NCBI GenBank assembly: GCA_951406725.2
Contig: OX597826.1
Location: 58,962,001 to 59,026,000 of the forward strand
Source: Octopus vulgaris
Taxonomy: Eukaryota
DNA length: 64,000 bases
Direction of reading: 5' to 3'
Shown here: positions 14,327-26,270 of the stretch, piece by piece
How positions within the stretch are numbered: the first letter of the stretch is position 1
Layout: every line of letters starts with the position of its first letter
The notes under the pieces: model-generated
What the model was told of the DNA's origin: nothing
The model's database searches: none
Seen by the model: the letters and a program-made list of their open reading frames with translations, nothing else
Made by a program: the position numbers and the translations under genes

Positions 14327-14397
14327 TTCCCTGATGATATTGTGTCAATAACTTATTGTAATCTATTTAAAAAGTATAATTGAAACAGCTGTAGGAA
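14327..14397 (+). ncRNA. Type I hammerhead ribozyme-like motif in a PLE pLTR-like region
   Basis: ttcc-CTGATGA-[stem II attgtg/tataat]-GAAAC-agct-GTA-ggaa. Stem I is ttcc/ggaa and helix III is the palindrome acagctgt. The first stem II pair is mismatched. Confidence 0.6.
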
Positions 14398-15180
14398 TTA
14401 TGAAGTATCATTTTCTTAAGAAATAATTATCAACTTTCAACTCTCCTTTTTCCTTTCTGCTATTAAGCGAAAACGGATTATATCCATAATGTATACCTAC
14501 TGATTTAGGGAAATTTTATTCCCTAAAAATAGTCCGCATAGAATCAATGTTTTCTTGGATGTAATCATTTCGTTATGAGGTTAATTTATCCTTTACTTAA
14601 CTTATATATATATATAGATATCACCTCAATATTAGCACCATGCGCTGTTTAGGCATAAGCAAACATTGGGTTAGTTAAAATATGTTTTAAATATTTCGTC
14701 TGCTAAGAGGCAAATTCGCTGCAGTTACCGCAGAGAAAACTTCTCTCCTATGGTAACAAGGTATAAAAACAGCATATATGCGCAGAGTCACCACCTATCG
14801 GATTCCCAGACATTGATGTTTCTAGGTTTTTAGTCGTTATCAATGGGAATTACGTACGAGAGACAACTCTGGACAAACCTTATCAAAGACACAGCTTTAA
14901 CTATGATAAAGTCAACAACGTCAACTGATTTGCTCCAGTAGATCACCGCAGTCGTGGAAATCACCGTAATATCAGCGCCAAGCAATATTCAGGCATAAGC
15001 AAACTTCATGTTAGCTAAAATGTTTAACACAATCTGACGGAAAGGGAATTGAGAGAGACGAAATACCAAATCAAGAGATTATGTGTGAAGGAAAAGATAT
15101 TTTATCGCGTGTGCATGTGCGTCTCTGCCTGACTGTGCATACATGTGTGTGTGTGTGGGTACGTATATATGAGATATGAT

Positions 15181-15223
<43 letters not shown>

Positions 15224-15279
15224 CATCTATATGTATCTGAGTCTCTTTCCTCTCTCTTTTCTGTCTGTCTGTCTATCTG

Positions 15280-15428
<149 letters not shown>

Positions 15429-15772
15429 ACGCGCTCACAGAATATACACATTACTGACATCTACGGTAGAAAGTGTGAGTTCTTTTGGAAAAAAAACATC
15501 TGTTTGTAATACAGCCTCACAACAGTGATTCCTGACACGTGTGGAGATCTTAACGTAAAAAATAAAACGGAAGAAGAAAAACCAATTTAGAAGAATACAA
15601 AATAGTGCGTTAAGAGATGGGATAAGCGGGGAAAAGTTATTCCGCCTTATAGATTTAGTCAAAGGTTTTAAAGTACAGGGGAATGCTTTTGATTCCTACT
15701 ACAATGCTCTCTCATTCATTCTCTCTAACTCTGCCTGTCTGTTCGTCAGTGTGTCTGTCTCTCTTTCACACA

Positions 15773-15837
<65 letters not shown>

Positions 15838-15872
15838 GCACACTAACGAACACGCAAATGTAAACGCGTACC

Positions 15873-16032
15873 GGCGTGGATTTGTGGTAAGAATTTTTGT
15901 TTCTCAACAGCATGGTTCGGTGTTTGGTCTGATTGCTTGGCACCTTTGAAAAGAGTCTTCAACTGCAGCCTTCAGACCGAACACACCCTTGTTTGTGCAT
16001 TTGGTAGACGGAAAAACTGAAAGAAACCCGTC

Positions 16033-16033
<1 letters not shown>
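15873..16033 (+). mobile_element. SINE family A, diverged 5' half
   Basis: Ends in ttggtagacggaaaaactgaaagaaacccgtcg followed by (TA)n, as in intact copies. Confidence 0.7.
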
Positions 16034-16110
<77 letters not shown>

Positions 16111-16317
16111 TGGGCCAAAGCTCGTGAGCTGAAACTAGATGAAATAAAAATAAAAAAAATATATATATATATATATTTAAAATATAAAATATAACCACTA
16201 TTATGCAACTCAAATAGTGATAGACATAAACCAATACATAAATAAATAATATATATTTTTATAAAACATATAACTTATAACTAGATCTCAAAAAGTATAA
16301 AAGGAATGATCAATATA

Positions 16318-16367
<50 letters not shown>

Positions 16368-16369
16368 TA

Positions 16370-16545
16370 CATGTTGTGTTCTTGAGCAAGACACTTTATT
16401 TTACGTTGCTCCAGTTCACTCAGCTGTAGAAATGAGTTGTGATATCACTGGTGCCAATCTGTATCGGTCTTTGCCTTTCCCTTTGGATAACACTGGTGGC
16501 GTGAAATGGGGTGGGTATGCATGGTAGACTGTTGGTCTTCCATGT
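16370..16545 (+). mobile_element. SINE fragment (additional family)
   Basis: gtgttcttgagcaagacactt...ctccagttcactcagctg. Related minus-strand fragments near 24750-24860 and 28310-28410. Confidence 0.6.
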
Positions 16546-16578
16546 ATGTATTAATGCGTGTATGTATGTATGTATATA

Positions 16579-17479
16579 TTGGGTCATCCCATAAATAATG
16601 CGTTTGTTAATACTTTATTTTATTTTTTATTTTTCAAAATCAAAATAAGCAAAGTTCTCTTTTAATCTAAAACATACTTTCCTTCATTTTCTACAATGCT
16701 CTTCGGTCTATCTGGGAGACTTGCAAGGCCCCCTCTTCCCAAATCCACTTGTTCGCGATGAAAAATACTCTTCCAGTACTGTTCTGACCTCGTCTGCAGA
16801 ATTCATATCTTTTCCGTCCAAATGATTTGGAAGACTGCGGAATAAATGTTAATCAGAAGGGGCAATGTCCAGTAGATATGGTAAGTGGGGCATCGTCTCC
16901 TATACAAGATTTTCCAGCCTTTGGAATGTCATCCTCGCTGTATGTGGCCGAACATTACCCTGATGGGAGAATGCATTTCGTCTTGAAACGATACATGGTA
17001 GTTTATCTTCTAGTGTAGTTGGCGATGAATGGTTGAAGGACGAAATCCAAGCTTCTCTGCTAGGTACTCAAGAGTTCCGATGGGATTTGTTTCTAACAGG
17101 GCTTGTAGGACGTCCCCGTCGAGCTCTACAGATCTTTCAGGACGGCTGTAGTTTCCGGCTCGGAATTTCTGAAATGACCGTTGACACGGGACTTACGCAT
17201 ATTTTCCGATCACCATATAATGCATTAATATTCCTCGCACTTTCCTTTGCGTTGTTGGCTTTATTCAACTTATAAAACAAAATATGCCGAATATACTCTT
17301 TTGTCACTTCCAATATAGCTTTGAAAAATGATTATTAAAATCGAACTGCAAACTTCAAAACTTGCACTAAGAATATGTCAAGGTAAAATTACTACATGCT
17401 TTTATAGAAATTGATGCAAGTAGTTTACGCCGCACCCTCCGACTTCATGCAAAACCGCTTTATTTATGGGATGACCCAA
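16579..17479 (-). mobile_element. Internally deleted mariner DNA transposon with both TIRs and TA target duplication
   Basis: TIRs ttgggtcatcccataaata / tatttatgggatgacccaa, flanked by TA. Minus-strand remnants read EYIRHILFYKLNKANNAKESARNI (HTH), HQGNVRPHT (HDNARPH-like) and PYLLDIAPSD*HLFRSL (YSPDLAPSD-like). Confidence 0.9.
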
Positions 17480-17663
17480 TATATATATATGTATGTGTAT
17501 ATATTTACATATATATATATATATGTGTACATATATATATATATACATATATATATACACCGAGTAAACACATAAATGTAAAACAAGGTGGAAAAAAGAG
17601 TACTCAAATACCAGGGGTAGAGTAATATGCTTTATTTCAAAGCAGCAGAAAATTCAACAAAAC

Positions 17664-17701
17664 CTGTTACTCTGAGTTTCACGTTCCCGTTCGTCGGACA
17701 G
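17664..17701 (-). ncRNA. Minimal type I hammerhead ribozyme motif
   Basis: Minus strand: ctgt-CCGACGA-acg ggaa cgt-GAAAC-tcaga-GTA-acag. Stems I, II and III all pair; the core has C at the variable position 4. Confidence 0.75.
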
Positions 17702-17747
17702 TTTTTGCTAGAATAGAATTGGCATATCGGTTCTATTCTGGCAAAAA

Positions 17748-17785
17748 CTGTCCGACGAACAGGAACGTGAAACTCAGAGTAACAG
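17748..17785 (+). ncRNA. Minimal type I hammerhead ribozyme motif
   Basis: ctgt-CCGACGA-acaggaacgt-GAAAC-tcaga-GTA-acag. Stem I ctgt/acag, helix III actc/gagt, GUA cleavage triplet. One substitution weakens stem II. Confidence 0.7.
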
Positions 17786-17856
17786 GTTTTGTTGAATTTT
17801 CTGCTGCTTTGAAATAATATATATATATATGTTTTAGATTAAAAGAGAACTTTGCT

Positions 17857-17923
<67 letters not shown>

Positions 17924-17955
17924 CATATATATCATGTAAATGCGTATATATATTT

Positions 17956-17991
<36 letters not shown>

Positions 17992-18008
17992 CCAAGTAAC
18001 GACTGGGA

Positions 18009-18080
18009 ACGTAAATTTTCCCTCCAAAATTCTGCCATGCGAAGGCGCGCATGGCGGAATTTTGGAGGGAAAATTTACGT
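18009..18080. repeat. 72-nt hairpin with 33-bp arms
   Basis: acgtaaattttccctccaaaattctgccatgcg / cgcatggcggaattttggagggaaaatttacgt, with one G-U-type mismatch and a 6-nt loop. Confidence 0.9.
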
Positions 18081-18535
18081 ATATATATATATATATATAT
18101 ATCTGTTCGAAAGCAATGGTTTCAAGGTGTATTGCCTATCATATATTTATACGTATATATATTTATACATATATATGTATCAATACGTGTGTTTTTATGT
18201 CTGTGTTTGTCCCCCTGCGTTGGTATGTTTACGTACCTGTAACCAAGCGGTTCAGTCGAATAAGTCCAAATTATAATAATGTAGTAATTTGTGTGTGCGT
18301 GCCATTAATTTCTTATTGATATGTATGTATGAATGTGTATCCGTGTTTAGAGTCATGAGTCTCTCCGCAAGATGGCATCCTAGTTTGTATGTGTGTTGTG
18401 TTGCATGTGGATACGTCTATGAAAATTGAATTTTGAATTATATTCGTATAGACTTTATAAGAATATATCATTAAATTTAATTATTTTATTTCACACACAC
18501 ACACACATAAACTAGGAGAAGTTAAAATTAGCCGC

Positions 18536-18795
18536 GTCACACATGCCTTCTGCGCATGCATGCTTACTGATGGTTACGACTGTGGTCACGTGATAGAAGT
18601 AATGGTGAACCGGTTCACCATTACCATCTCTCAGATCATTGATTTTTGTTCCTCTTTGGTGCACATTGCTAATGGCGCGGCCATACTTGCACCGTAAAAT
18701 CAGAAAGAAAAATGACGCGATCAGGCTCTCAAACTTCGATCACGTGACCACAATAGTACCTACTCTAAGTACACATGCGCAGAAGGCAATGTGAC
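18536..18795. mobile_element. MITE-like element with about 65-bp imperfect TIRs
   Basis: gtcaca..tgccttctgcgcatg...tgtggtcacgtgatagaagt is inverted at acttcgatcacgtgaccaca...catgcgcagaaggcaatgtgac. No coding capacity. Confidence 0.7.
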
Positions 18796-19029
18796 AATAA
18801 TCAAGATATACTATGACGAAAGTGCGAATTATTTTTGATCTATACACACACACACACACATATATGCATGCATGCACACACACACACATACATATACATA
18901 CATGCACACACATGCACATACCCGCACATACACACATGAACATATACATGCAAACACAGACACACACATGTGGAGCAAATATTGTTACAGATACTTTGTT
19001 GAATATTACGTCCGGGCTTTTACCTTTTT

Positions 19030-19430
19030 ATGGCTGTAGAGTACGGAATTTGCTTGCCAACTAAAAGGTTCCGAGTTCAGTCCCACTCAGCGGCACTTGC
19101 GGCAAGTGTTTTCCGCTATCGCCTTGTGAATGGATTTAGTAGACGGAACTGAAACAAGTCTCAAGTGTATCTATTTCTCTACCTATATCCATATGTGTGT
19201 GGGCAGAGGGGTGCCTTTATGTTTGTATCTGTCAACACACACTTCTTGACAAGCGGTGTTGGTTTGTTTATCATTAAATTTAACTTAGCGGTTGAGAAAA
19301 AGAAGCCGATAGATTAAGTACTAGGCTTAAAAGGAATTAATTAGTGATGGGATCAATTTGTACGAGAGGAATCCTTCAATTTGCTCCAGCATGGCCATAG
19401 AATATTGGGTAAAACAAGTTAAATGTAAGA
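19030..19430 (+). mobile_element. SINE family A, diverged
   Basis: gagttcagtcccact, gccttgtgaatggattt, aacttagcggtt, gatagattaagtactaggctt and ctccagcatggcc are collinear with intact copies. Confidence 0.75.
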
Positions 19431-19451
19431 GTTATTTTCATATTGTTGTAT

Positions 19452-19917
19452 TTAATCGACCCCCAAAGCGGAATTTGAACTCAGAACGCAGCGGCAGACG
19501 AAATACCTATTTCTTTACTACCCTCAAGGGGCTACACACAGAGAGGAGAAACAAGGATAGACAAACGGATTAAGTCGATTATATCGACCCAGTGCGTAAC
19601 TGGTACTTAATTTATCGACCTCAAAAGGATAAAAGGCAAAGCCGACTTTGGCGGAATTTGAACTCAGAACGTAGCGGCAGACGAAATACCTATTTCTTTA
19701 CTACCCACAAGGGGCTACACACAGAGAGGACAAACAAGGACAGACAAACGGATTAAGTCGATTATATCGACCCCAGTGCGTAACTGGTACTTATTTAGTC
19801 GACCCAGAAAGGATGAAAGACAAAGACGACCTCGGCGGAATTTGAACTCAGAACGTAGCGGCAGACGAAATACTGCTAAGCATTTCGCACGGCGTGCTAA
19901 CGTTTCTGCCAGTTCGG
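19452..19917 (-). mobile_element. Head-to-tail tandem of SINE family B (one full unit, one 183-bp unit, one partial unit)
   Basis: tatttctttacta recurs at 19508 and 19691; gcggaatttgaactcagaacg occurs three times. Confidence 0.9.
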
Positions 19918-21087
19918 CAATAACAATAAAAATAACGATTTAAAAATTGCTTCTTTTTCCTTGTCCTTAGTAAGGTTTCATCTCCAGGGGTCTTTTTACT
20001 CTGCTTTTATTGTTGTTCCTTTTTGTCCTAGGTGGGGGTTTAATTCTACATTCTCATGTAACTGTTGTTAAATGAAATTCTTCCAGCAGCTGTTGCACTA
20101 TATCAGTTTAGATCCATATGGATTTGTCTGTAGAGAACCATTTTCTGAGCAGCTTTCATCACTCTAAAAGGTTCTTCATCTGTATACATCTGTACAGAAT
20201 GGAAAGCCAGTCACTCGTCACCTTCTTATTAGTATTGGAGATGTCCTTTTAGACGAATCGTTTATTTACCATTTTTGATATGGTTGTTCTTAACCATGAT
20301 GTTGTTGTTGTTGCTGCTGTTGTTGTTATTCGTGTATCATGGTAATATTTTCCTGCTCTAGTTCTTGATGATATAGATGTTGATGCTGTTGCTGCTACTG
20401 CTGTTGTTGTTGCAAGTGCTGTAATAGTTGTTGTAGTTCATCATCATCATCATCTTCTTCTTCTTCTTCTTCTTCTTCTTCTTCTTCTTCTTCTTCTTCT
20501 TCTTCTTCTTCTTCTTTATTCTTCTTTTTCTTCTTTATTCTTCTTTTTCTTCTTTATTCTTCTTCTTCTTTATTCTTCTTCTTCTTTCTTTTCCTCTTAT
20601 TATTCCTGTTTTTCTTCTGTTTCTTCTATTCCTCCTTCTTTTCCTCCAGGCTTCTCAAGTTCACGTCGTACACATGTTCGAGCATCTGGTAGCAGTTACA
20701 CACACACACACACATACACACACACACACACATACACACAGACACACACAGACACACACACACACAACAGAGCTAGACGCAAACATTTCTCGCAGTTAGA
20801 GACATTAACAACACCATCTATATACATATACATACATAAGTACGCAGATATGTTTGTATGTATGTATGTATGTATGTATGTAAGTATGCATGCCTCTGTG
20901 TATGTGTATATATATGCATAGAGAAACACACACGTATATGCATGTGTGTATATATGTATATCCACACATACATAAATATATATGCATATATACATATATA
21001 CACATACACACACACATATATATGTATGTATGCATGTATGTATTTATATATATATATATATATATATATACATTTATATATATATAC

Positions 21088-21210
<123 letters not shown>

Positions 21211-21609
21211 CACAGCTAACCACATACACATACAACACTGTGATTAGTTCAAGCATCGTCAGTAATACAAGGTAAAATATGAAAGGAATGTTTTTCTTGA
21301 AAACTATTATGTCTCCTCACCACCGCCGCCACCACTACAACCATGACCATCACCAGCACCCCCCAAGCACCTGGCGCCCCCACCACCACCGCCACCAGTA
21401 CTACTAGTAGTATTTAAGTGAAATTTGGTGTGGGGGAACAATTGTCTGATTGGAACCAATATGTAACTAGTAACTGGAGACATCAATCCAAGAAGGATGA
21501 TAGTAAAAATTTTATTTCTGTGGTACTTGGATGATGTCAATAATGAGATTTAAATAAAATCCCCAGATAAAATTTCTTCGATTTTTTGCCGTTCCTGTGT
21601 TTTTCTTCC

Positions 21610-22030
21610 TAATTTTGGAAGAGGGCCGGGCAGTTTTAATAGCTTGTGTGTGTGTCTGTCATTTATATCAAGCGCAGTGCTTAATTAGTACCTGTTTTAT
21701 CGACTCTGAAAGAATGAATGGCAAAGGGAACAACGGTGGAATTTTAACTCGGGACGTAATGAGTAGGAAGTTATTTTGTGCGATGTTGTAACGATTCGGC
21801 TAGCTTGTCCCATTATGCTTTGAGATAATAAGTATTGGTTTCAAATTTTGGCACAAGGCCAGCAATTTTAGGGGACGGCTTAAGTCGATTACATAGACTT
21901 CAGTGCTCAACTGATACTTATTTGATCGACCCCCAAAAATTTGCCAAAGGTAACACTGGAGGTTGGCGCAGTCTTTTGGGTCACCAGCCGCCGCCAAACA
22001 ACTCAACTCATGCCGGTACGGAATATGGAT
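21610..22030. mobile_element. Two diverged minus-strand SINE family B fragments plus a plus-strand RTE-like tail leading into (GAT)n
   Basis: ttttatcgactctgaaagaatgaatggcaaag and tattggtttcaaattttggcacaaggccagc match family B. caactcatgccggtacggaatatgga precedes the (GAT)n tract. Confidence 0.6.
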
Positions 22031-22485
22031 GATGATGATGACAATGATGATGATGTTGATGATGGTAATGATGGCAATGAAGATGATGATGATGATGTTG
22101 GTGATGATGATGATGATGATGGTAATGATGATGATGACGACGAGAACGACGACGATGATATATGTATATACATTAATTTACAATATGTGTGTGTGTGTGC
22201 AGATATATACGTGTGTCTATCTCTGTATGTATGTGAGTGTGTGTGTGTGCGTATGTGTGTGTGTGTATATACACCCACCCACCCACACCCACACACATAT
22301 ATGTATGTGATACGTGTGTGCTGTACGTGTGTGCGTCAAATTTTGTGGATAATGGAGCACCATGTTGATTTTTCCTTAATATCGAAAGGTGACCTAACCA
22401 ATCGATAAACAGAGTTAGACAAAATAAATACCAGACTGAAGTAAACACCAAGGTCAATACGACCGACTACCGAAAGAAAGAAGGA

Positions 22486-22553
<68 letters not shown>

Positions 22554-23552
22554 AAACAAGAAAGGAATGTAAAGCAAAAAAAAAGAACACCCAGTCAATA
22601 CAGTGCTCCAGCGTGGCCACAATCCAGCTTCTGAAACTTAGTAAATGAATACAAGAAAGTGAAATCACATAGCCTCTTCTTTGGCAAACATCAATGAGTC
22701 ATTTAAAGAAGACACGCCATTCACGCTAATTTAAACAGCTTCTCGACCATTGCTGTTGTTTGATGTGAAACATTTTGCCTGGCGCTATTTCTAGTGATGT
22801 ACTCAACTATTTAAATCAGTATCGAGATTTCATTTCGGCTGAGAGATTTCGAAGACATTCAATTAAATTTTGAACTAAACAGACCTTTGTTTTTAATACA
22901 TATGTTTGTCTCTTTGTCGGTGAGTATGTGCTTGCGTATGAGTGTTGTGTGTGTGTGTGTGTGTTTGTGTGTGTTTGTGTGTGATTGTGTTTGTTGTGTG
23001 TGTGTGTGTATTTGTGTGTGATTGTGTTTGTTGTGTGTGTGTGTATTTGTGTGTGATTGTGTTTGTTGTGTGTGTGTATGTGTGTATGATGTAATGGATG
23101 TGTATTTATTTGGAGTTATATGTATGTACGTTAATGCGTGTATACTTGATGCGTACATGTTCATATATTTCACGGGTGTATCTGCACGACATATTATGTA
23201 TGTATGTGAGTGTGTGTTCGAGTCCACAAATGCACACACACACACTAATATATGTATGTATGTATACACATACACGCAAACACACACGTATACACACACA
23301 TACATATGTACACTTACATAACACAAATTTGTAGTGTGATATTTGGATTCATAGAATCGTGTGTCTATCGGACAAAGCTCCTCTAGCGGACTCGGCGAGC
23401 AGACTACATAGTGATCGAACACAGAGAAATATAATGGTGGGTTAGCTGCAGCTGCATTCTAGGAGATCGGATCGACAAGAATACTTCATGGGGAGTAAAT
23501 AAACCATAAATAATCAGGAGTCGAAAGAGGTGAGTATATTTAATTAACTAAT

Positions 23553-23715
23553 AGGCGCAGGAGTGGCCGTGTGGTAAGTAGTTTGCTTACCAAACACATG
23601 GTTTCAGGTTCAGTCCCTCTGCGTGGCACCTTGGGCAAGTGTCTTCTACTATAGCCTCTGGCCGACGAAAACCTTGTGAATGGAATTGGTAGACGGAAAC
23701 TGAAAGAAGCCCGTC

Positions 23716-23775
<60 letters not shown>

Positions 23776-24027
23776 GACGGGCTTCTTTCATATATGTGTG
23801 TGTGTGTGTATGTGTGTGTGCGTTTGTATGTCTGTGTTTGTCTCCCCAACATCGCTTGACAACCGCTGCTGGTGTGTCTAGGTCCCCGTAACTTAGCGGT
23901 TCGGCAAAAAAACACCGATAGAATAAGTACTAGGCTTCCAAAAAATAAGTCCTGGGGTCGATTTGCTCGACTAAAGGCAGTGCTCCAACATAGCCGCAGT
24001 CAAATGACTGAAACAGGTAAAAGAGTA
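23553..24027 (+). mobile_element. SINE family A, full length
   Basis: aggcgcaggagtggccgtgtggtaag...ggttcagtccc head, internal (TA)n/(TG)n, tail caaatgactgaaacaggtaaaagagta. Confidence 0.92.
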
Positions 24028-24114
24028 CTTATTTTTAGGGTTACAGACGTTTTGCAGCCTTCATCATGTAACAGCAATTTCAACGTGTAATAAATTATTT
24101 TTGCATGACTAATA

Positions 24115-24238
24115 TGCCTAGCGTCATTTCGTTCCATTTTACGTCTTTTGTCTTTCATATTTTCGGGGTCGATAAAATAAGTACCAGATGAGAACTGAGG
24201 TCGAAATACTGGCCGTGTGCCAAAATTTGAAACCAATA
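24115..24238 (+). mobile_element. SINE family B, deleted copy
   Basis: ctttcatattttcggggtcgataaaataagtaccag...ggccgtgtgccaaaatttgaaaccaat. Confidence 0.7.
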
Positions 24239-24929
24239 TAATATTGCTTGCGAAACAAATTGGGCTATGCTCTATATTTGTGAGATCACAATAAAGGAAT
24301 ACGGATGGTGTTTCATTTCAAATTTTAATACCTTGTTGGGAAGTAGTTAGGAAATTCCCTATAAGAATTCGCCATTGTTAAATAGTGCGAGATTATACCT
24401 CCTTTGTTTTTGCGGATATTAAATCATTCATTCAGCAACGTGAATATGTTAATGCTTAATAGTTAGTGGCTGGCTTCAATATTGTTTAGAATATACTCAC
24501 GGAACATCCATCTCACTCTGAGCAGGTTATATATCCCCCAGCATTTAAAGTTCTGCTTAACTATGTGGATAATCTCAGCAAGGTGTTAGAATTTGAATGG
24601 ATACAGAAATCATCAAACAAAACATCAACAGAAATATTAAAAAGGATAGAACATCTTCCCGAGTCATATAGACTCATAAGGTCACGTTTTTGGTTTCTAT
24701 GGCACGTATATTCCCGATTGAACGAGACACCTATCTGTCGTATAATTATTCATTTTTGCTAGCTGAGTGGAGTGGAGCAAAGTGAAACGAAGTATTTTGC
24801 TCAAGAACACAACACATCGTCCAATCGAACAATCATGAGTCCAACGCCATAACGATTAAGCGATGTTTTAATAGAAATATTGTTGAGATATTGGACGTTA
24901 AAAATTATCTGCTCTTTTTACCGATATTT

Positions 24930-25008
24930 GTTGGAGAACATATCAATGATACATTTGATATCAGGATGAACACCTCCGATGCATCTGAAACATGTGAGCT
25001 AGATGGGT

Positions 25009-25045
<37 letters not shown>

Positions 25046-25359
25046 TAAATTTAGATAAATTAAGAACAAAAACAAATGCTTAATGGTAAAACCTGACAGG
25101 ATGGTCATGCAGCGTCATATCCCAGAAAAGCTATATATTATAGATAATTATAGGAAGAACTCATTTGTATACTCAAATTATCCAGCGTTAATATCATAGC
25201 CACCACCAATATAAATTTAGTTGATTTTCTGCGTATGACATTTGAGTTAGAGACTGATAAATATAAAACATATAGATTCAAGAAGAAAACCTCATCCGCC
25301 GGAACAACCTTCTAATAACTAACACCAAGTTTAGATAGACAGACAGACAGACAGACAGG

Positions 25360-25437
<78 letters not shown>

Positions 25438-26270
25438 CACACACTTACAATATAAGTAGAAAACTCAAATATAATATCATATAAGGCTAGGTTTAATAAA
25501 ACTGCCAGTTATTACTATAAATCTTTTTAAAAATCGAGTTAAAAATCAGGGTCTTACTGAATGAGAAGCGGCAAGGGAAAAATATGAGAAGCGTAACATG
25601 TTTCCTAAATATACCAATAAAAACTGAAAATGAAATATAGCTACATATTTCTTAGATTAAATTTCGACACAATTCTCTAGTGGCCTTAATTATTACATCC
25701 TGTTTAACAAAATCGTGCTATTGGTTAGTTACAGCTTTAGGAAAAATATAGGAGGCTCAATAATGTGTGAAATAAGAGGATTAATTTCGACAAAAATTCA
25801 AGTTCAGGCTAAATGTGAATCGAGAGAAACCAGTCTGCTTAACGAAAAAGAGTGAACAGAAATGCTTATCCACGAAGGAAAAACAAATATCTCAGGTGGG
25901 TAGCGCAGAAACTGAAAAAAGACATCTTATATCGGCATGAGCAAAGGCATTTTAATAGTAGTCTGTTCAATTGTAAATCTATATTTCGAAATGAGAAGGT
26001 GTGGAATCACAACATTCTCAAGTTATGTATGACACTAACATTTCGAAATAATCTGAATTACGTACTAATGAAAACGATATACATTTCAAGGTAATGATAA
26101 CAATACACAGCAGCGATATGATGATTATATCGAAAGAAACAAATTCTTTAAACCAAAGATTCTTTAAACGAAAGATTCTTGATTGATTCATTCCCAGAAT
26201 AAACTCTTTATAGTAAGATGTGACGAAGTCATTGTTTTAGACATAAACCTGGTTTTGGATTTTGACAAAT
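24930..26270 (+). mobile_element. Highly decayed Penelope-like element, interrupted by (TA)n and (GATA)n
   Basis: NIIATTNINLVDFLRMTFELETDKYKTYR (VNFLDVT...Y.PYRK-like) and TQFSSGLNYYILFNKIVLLVSYSFRKNIG (FP.....Y.IFN...KVSYS..N-like). Degenerate hammerhead-like tgacgaagtc..gac near 26220. Confidence 0.6.

Larger units (their letters stand above)
17632..17817. repeat. Near-perfect inverted repeat (87-bp arms, 12-nt spacer) of PLE pLTR-like sequence
   Basis: Arm 17632-17718 is the reverse complement of 17731-17817 with 2 mismatches. Confidence 0.95.

Noticed and set aside
19452-19917. Repeat arrays (also 49483-49931 and 54800-55050) as possible CRISPR
   Set aside because: No unique spacers or cas genes, and the context is eukaryotic; explained by SINE tandems and a minisatellite.
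20650-20690. Polypyrimidine tract plus CAG suggesting a 39-bp plus-strand micro-exon
   Set aside because: The pyrimidine tract is a (TTC)n microsatellite and the donor (gtagca) is poor.
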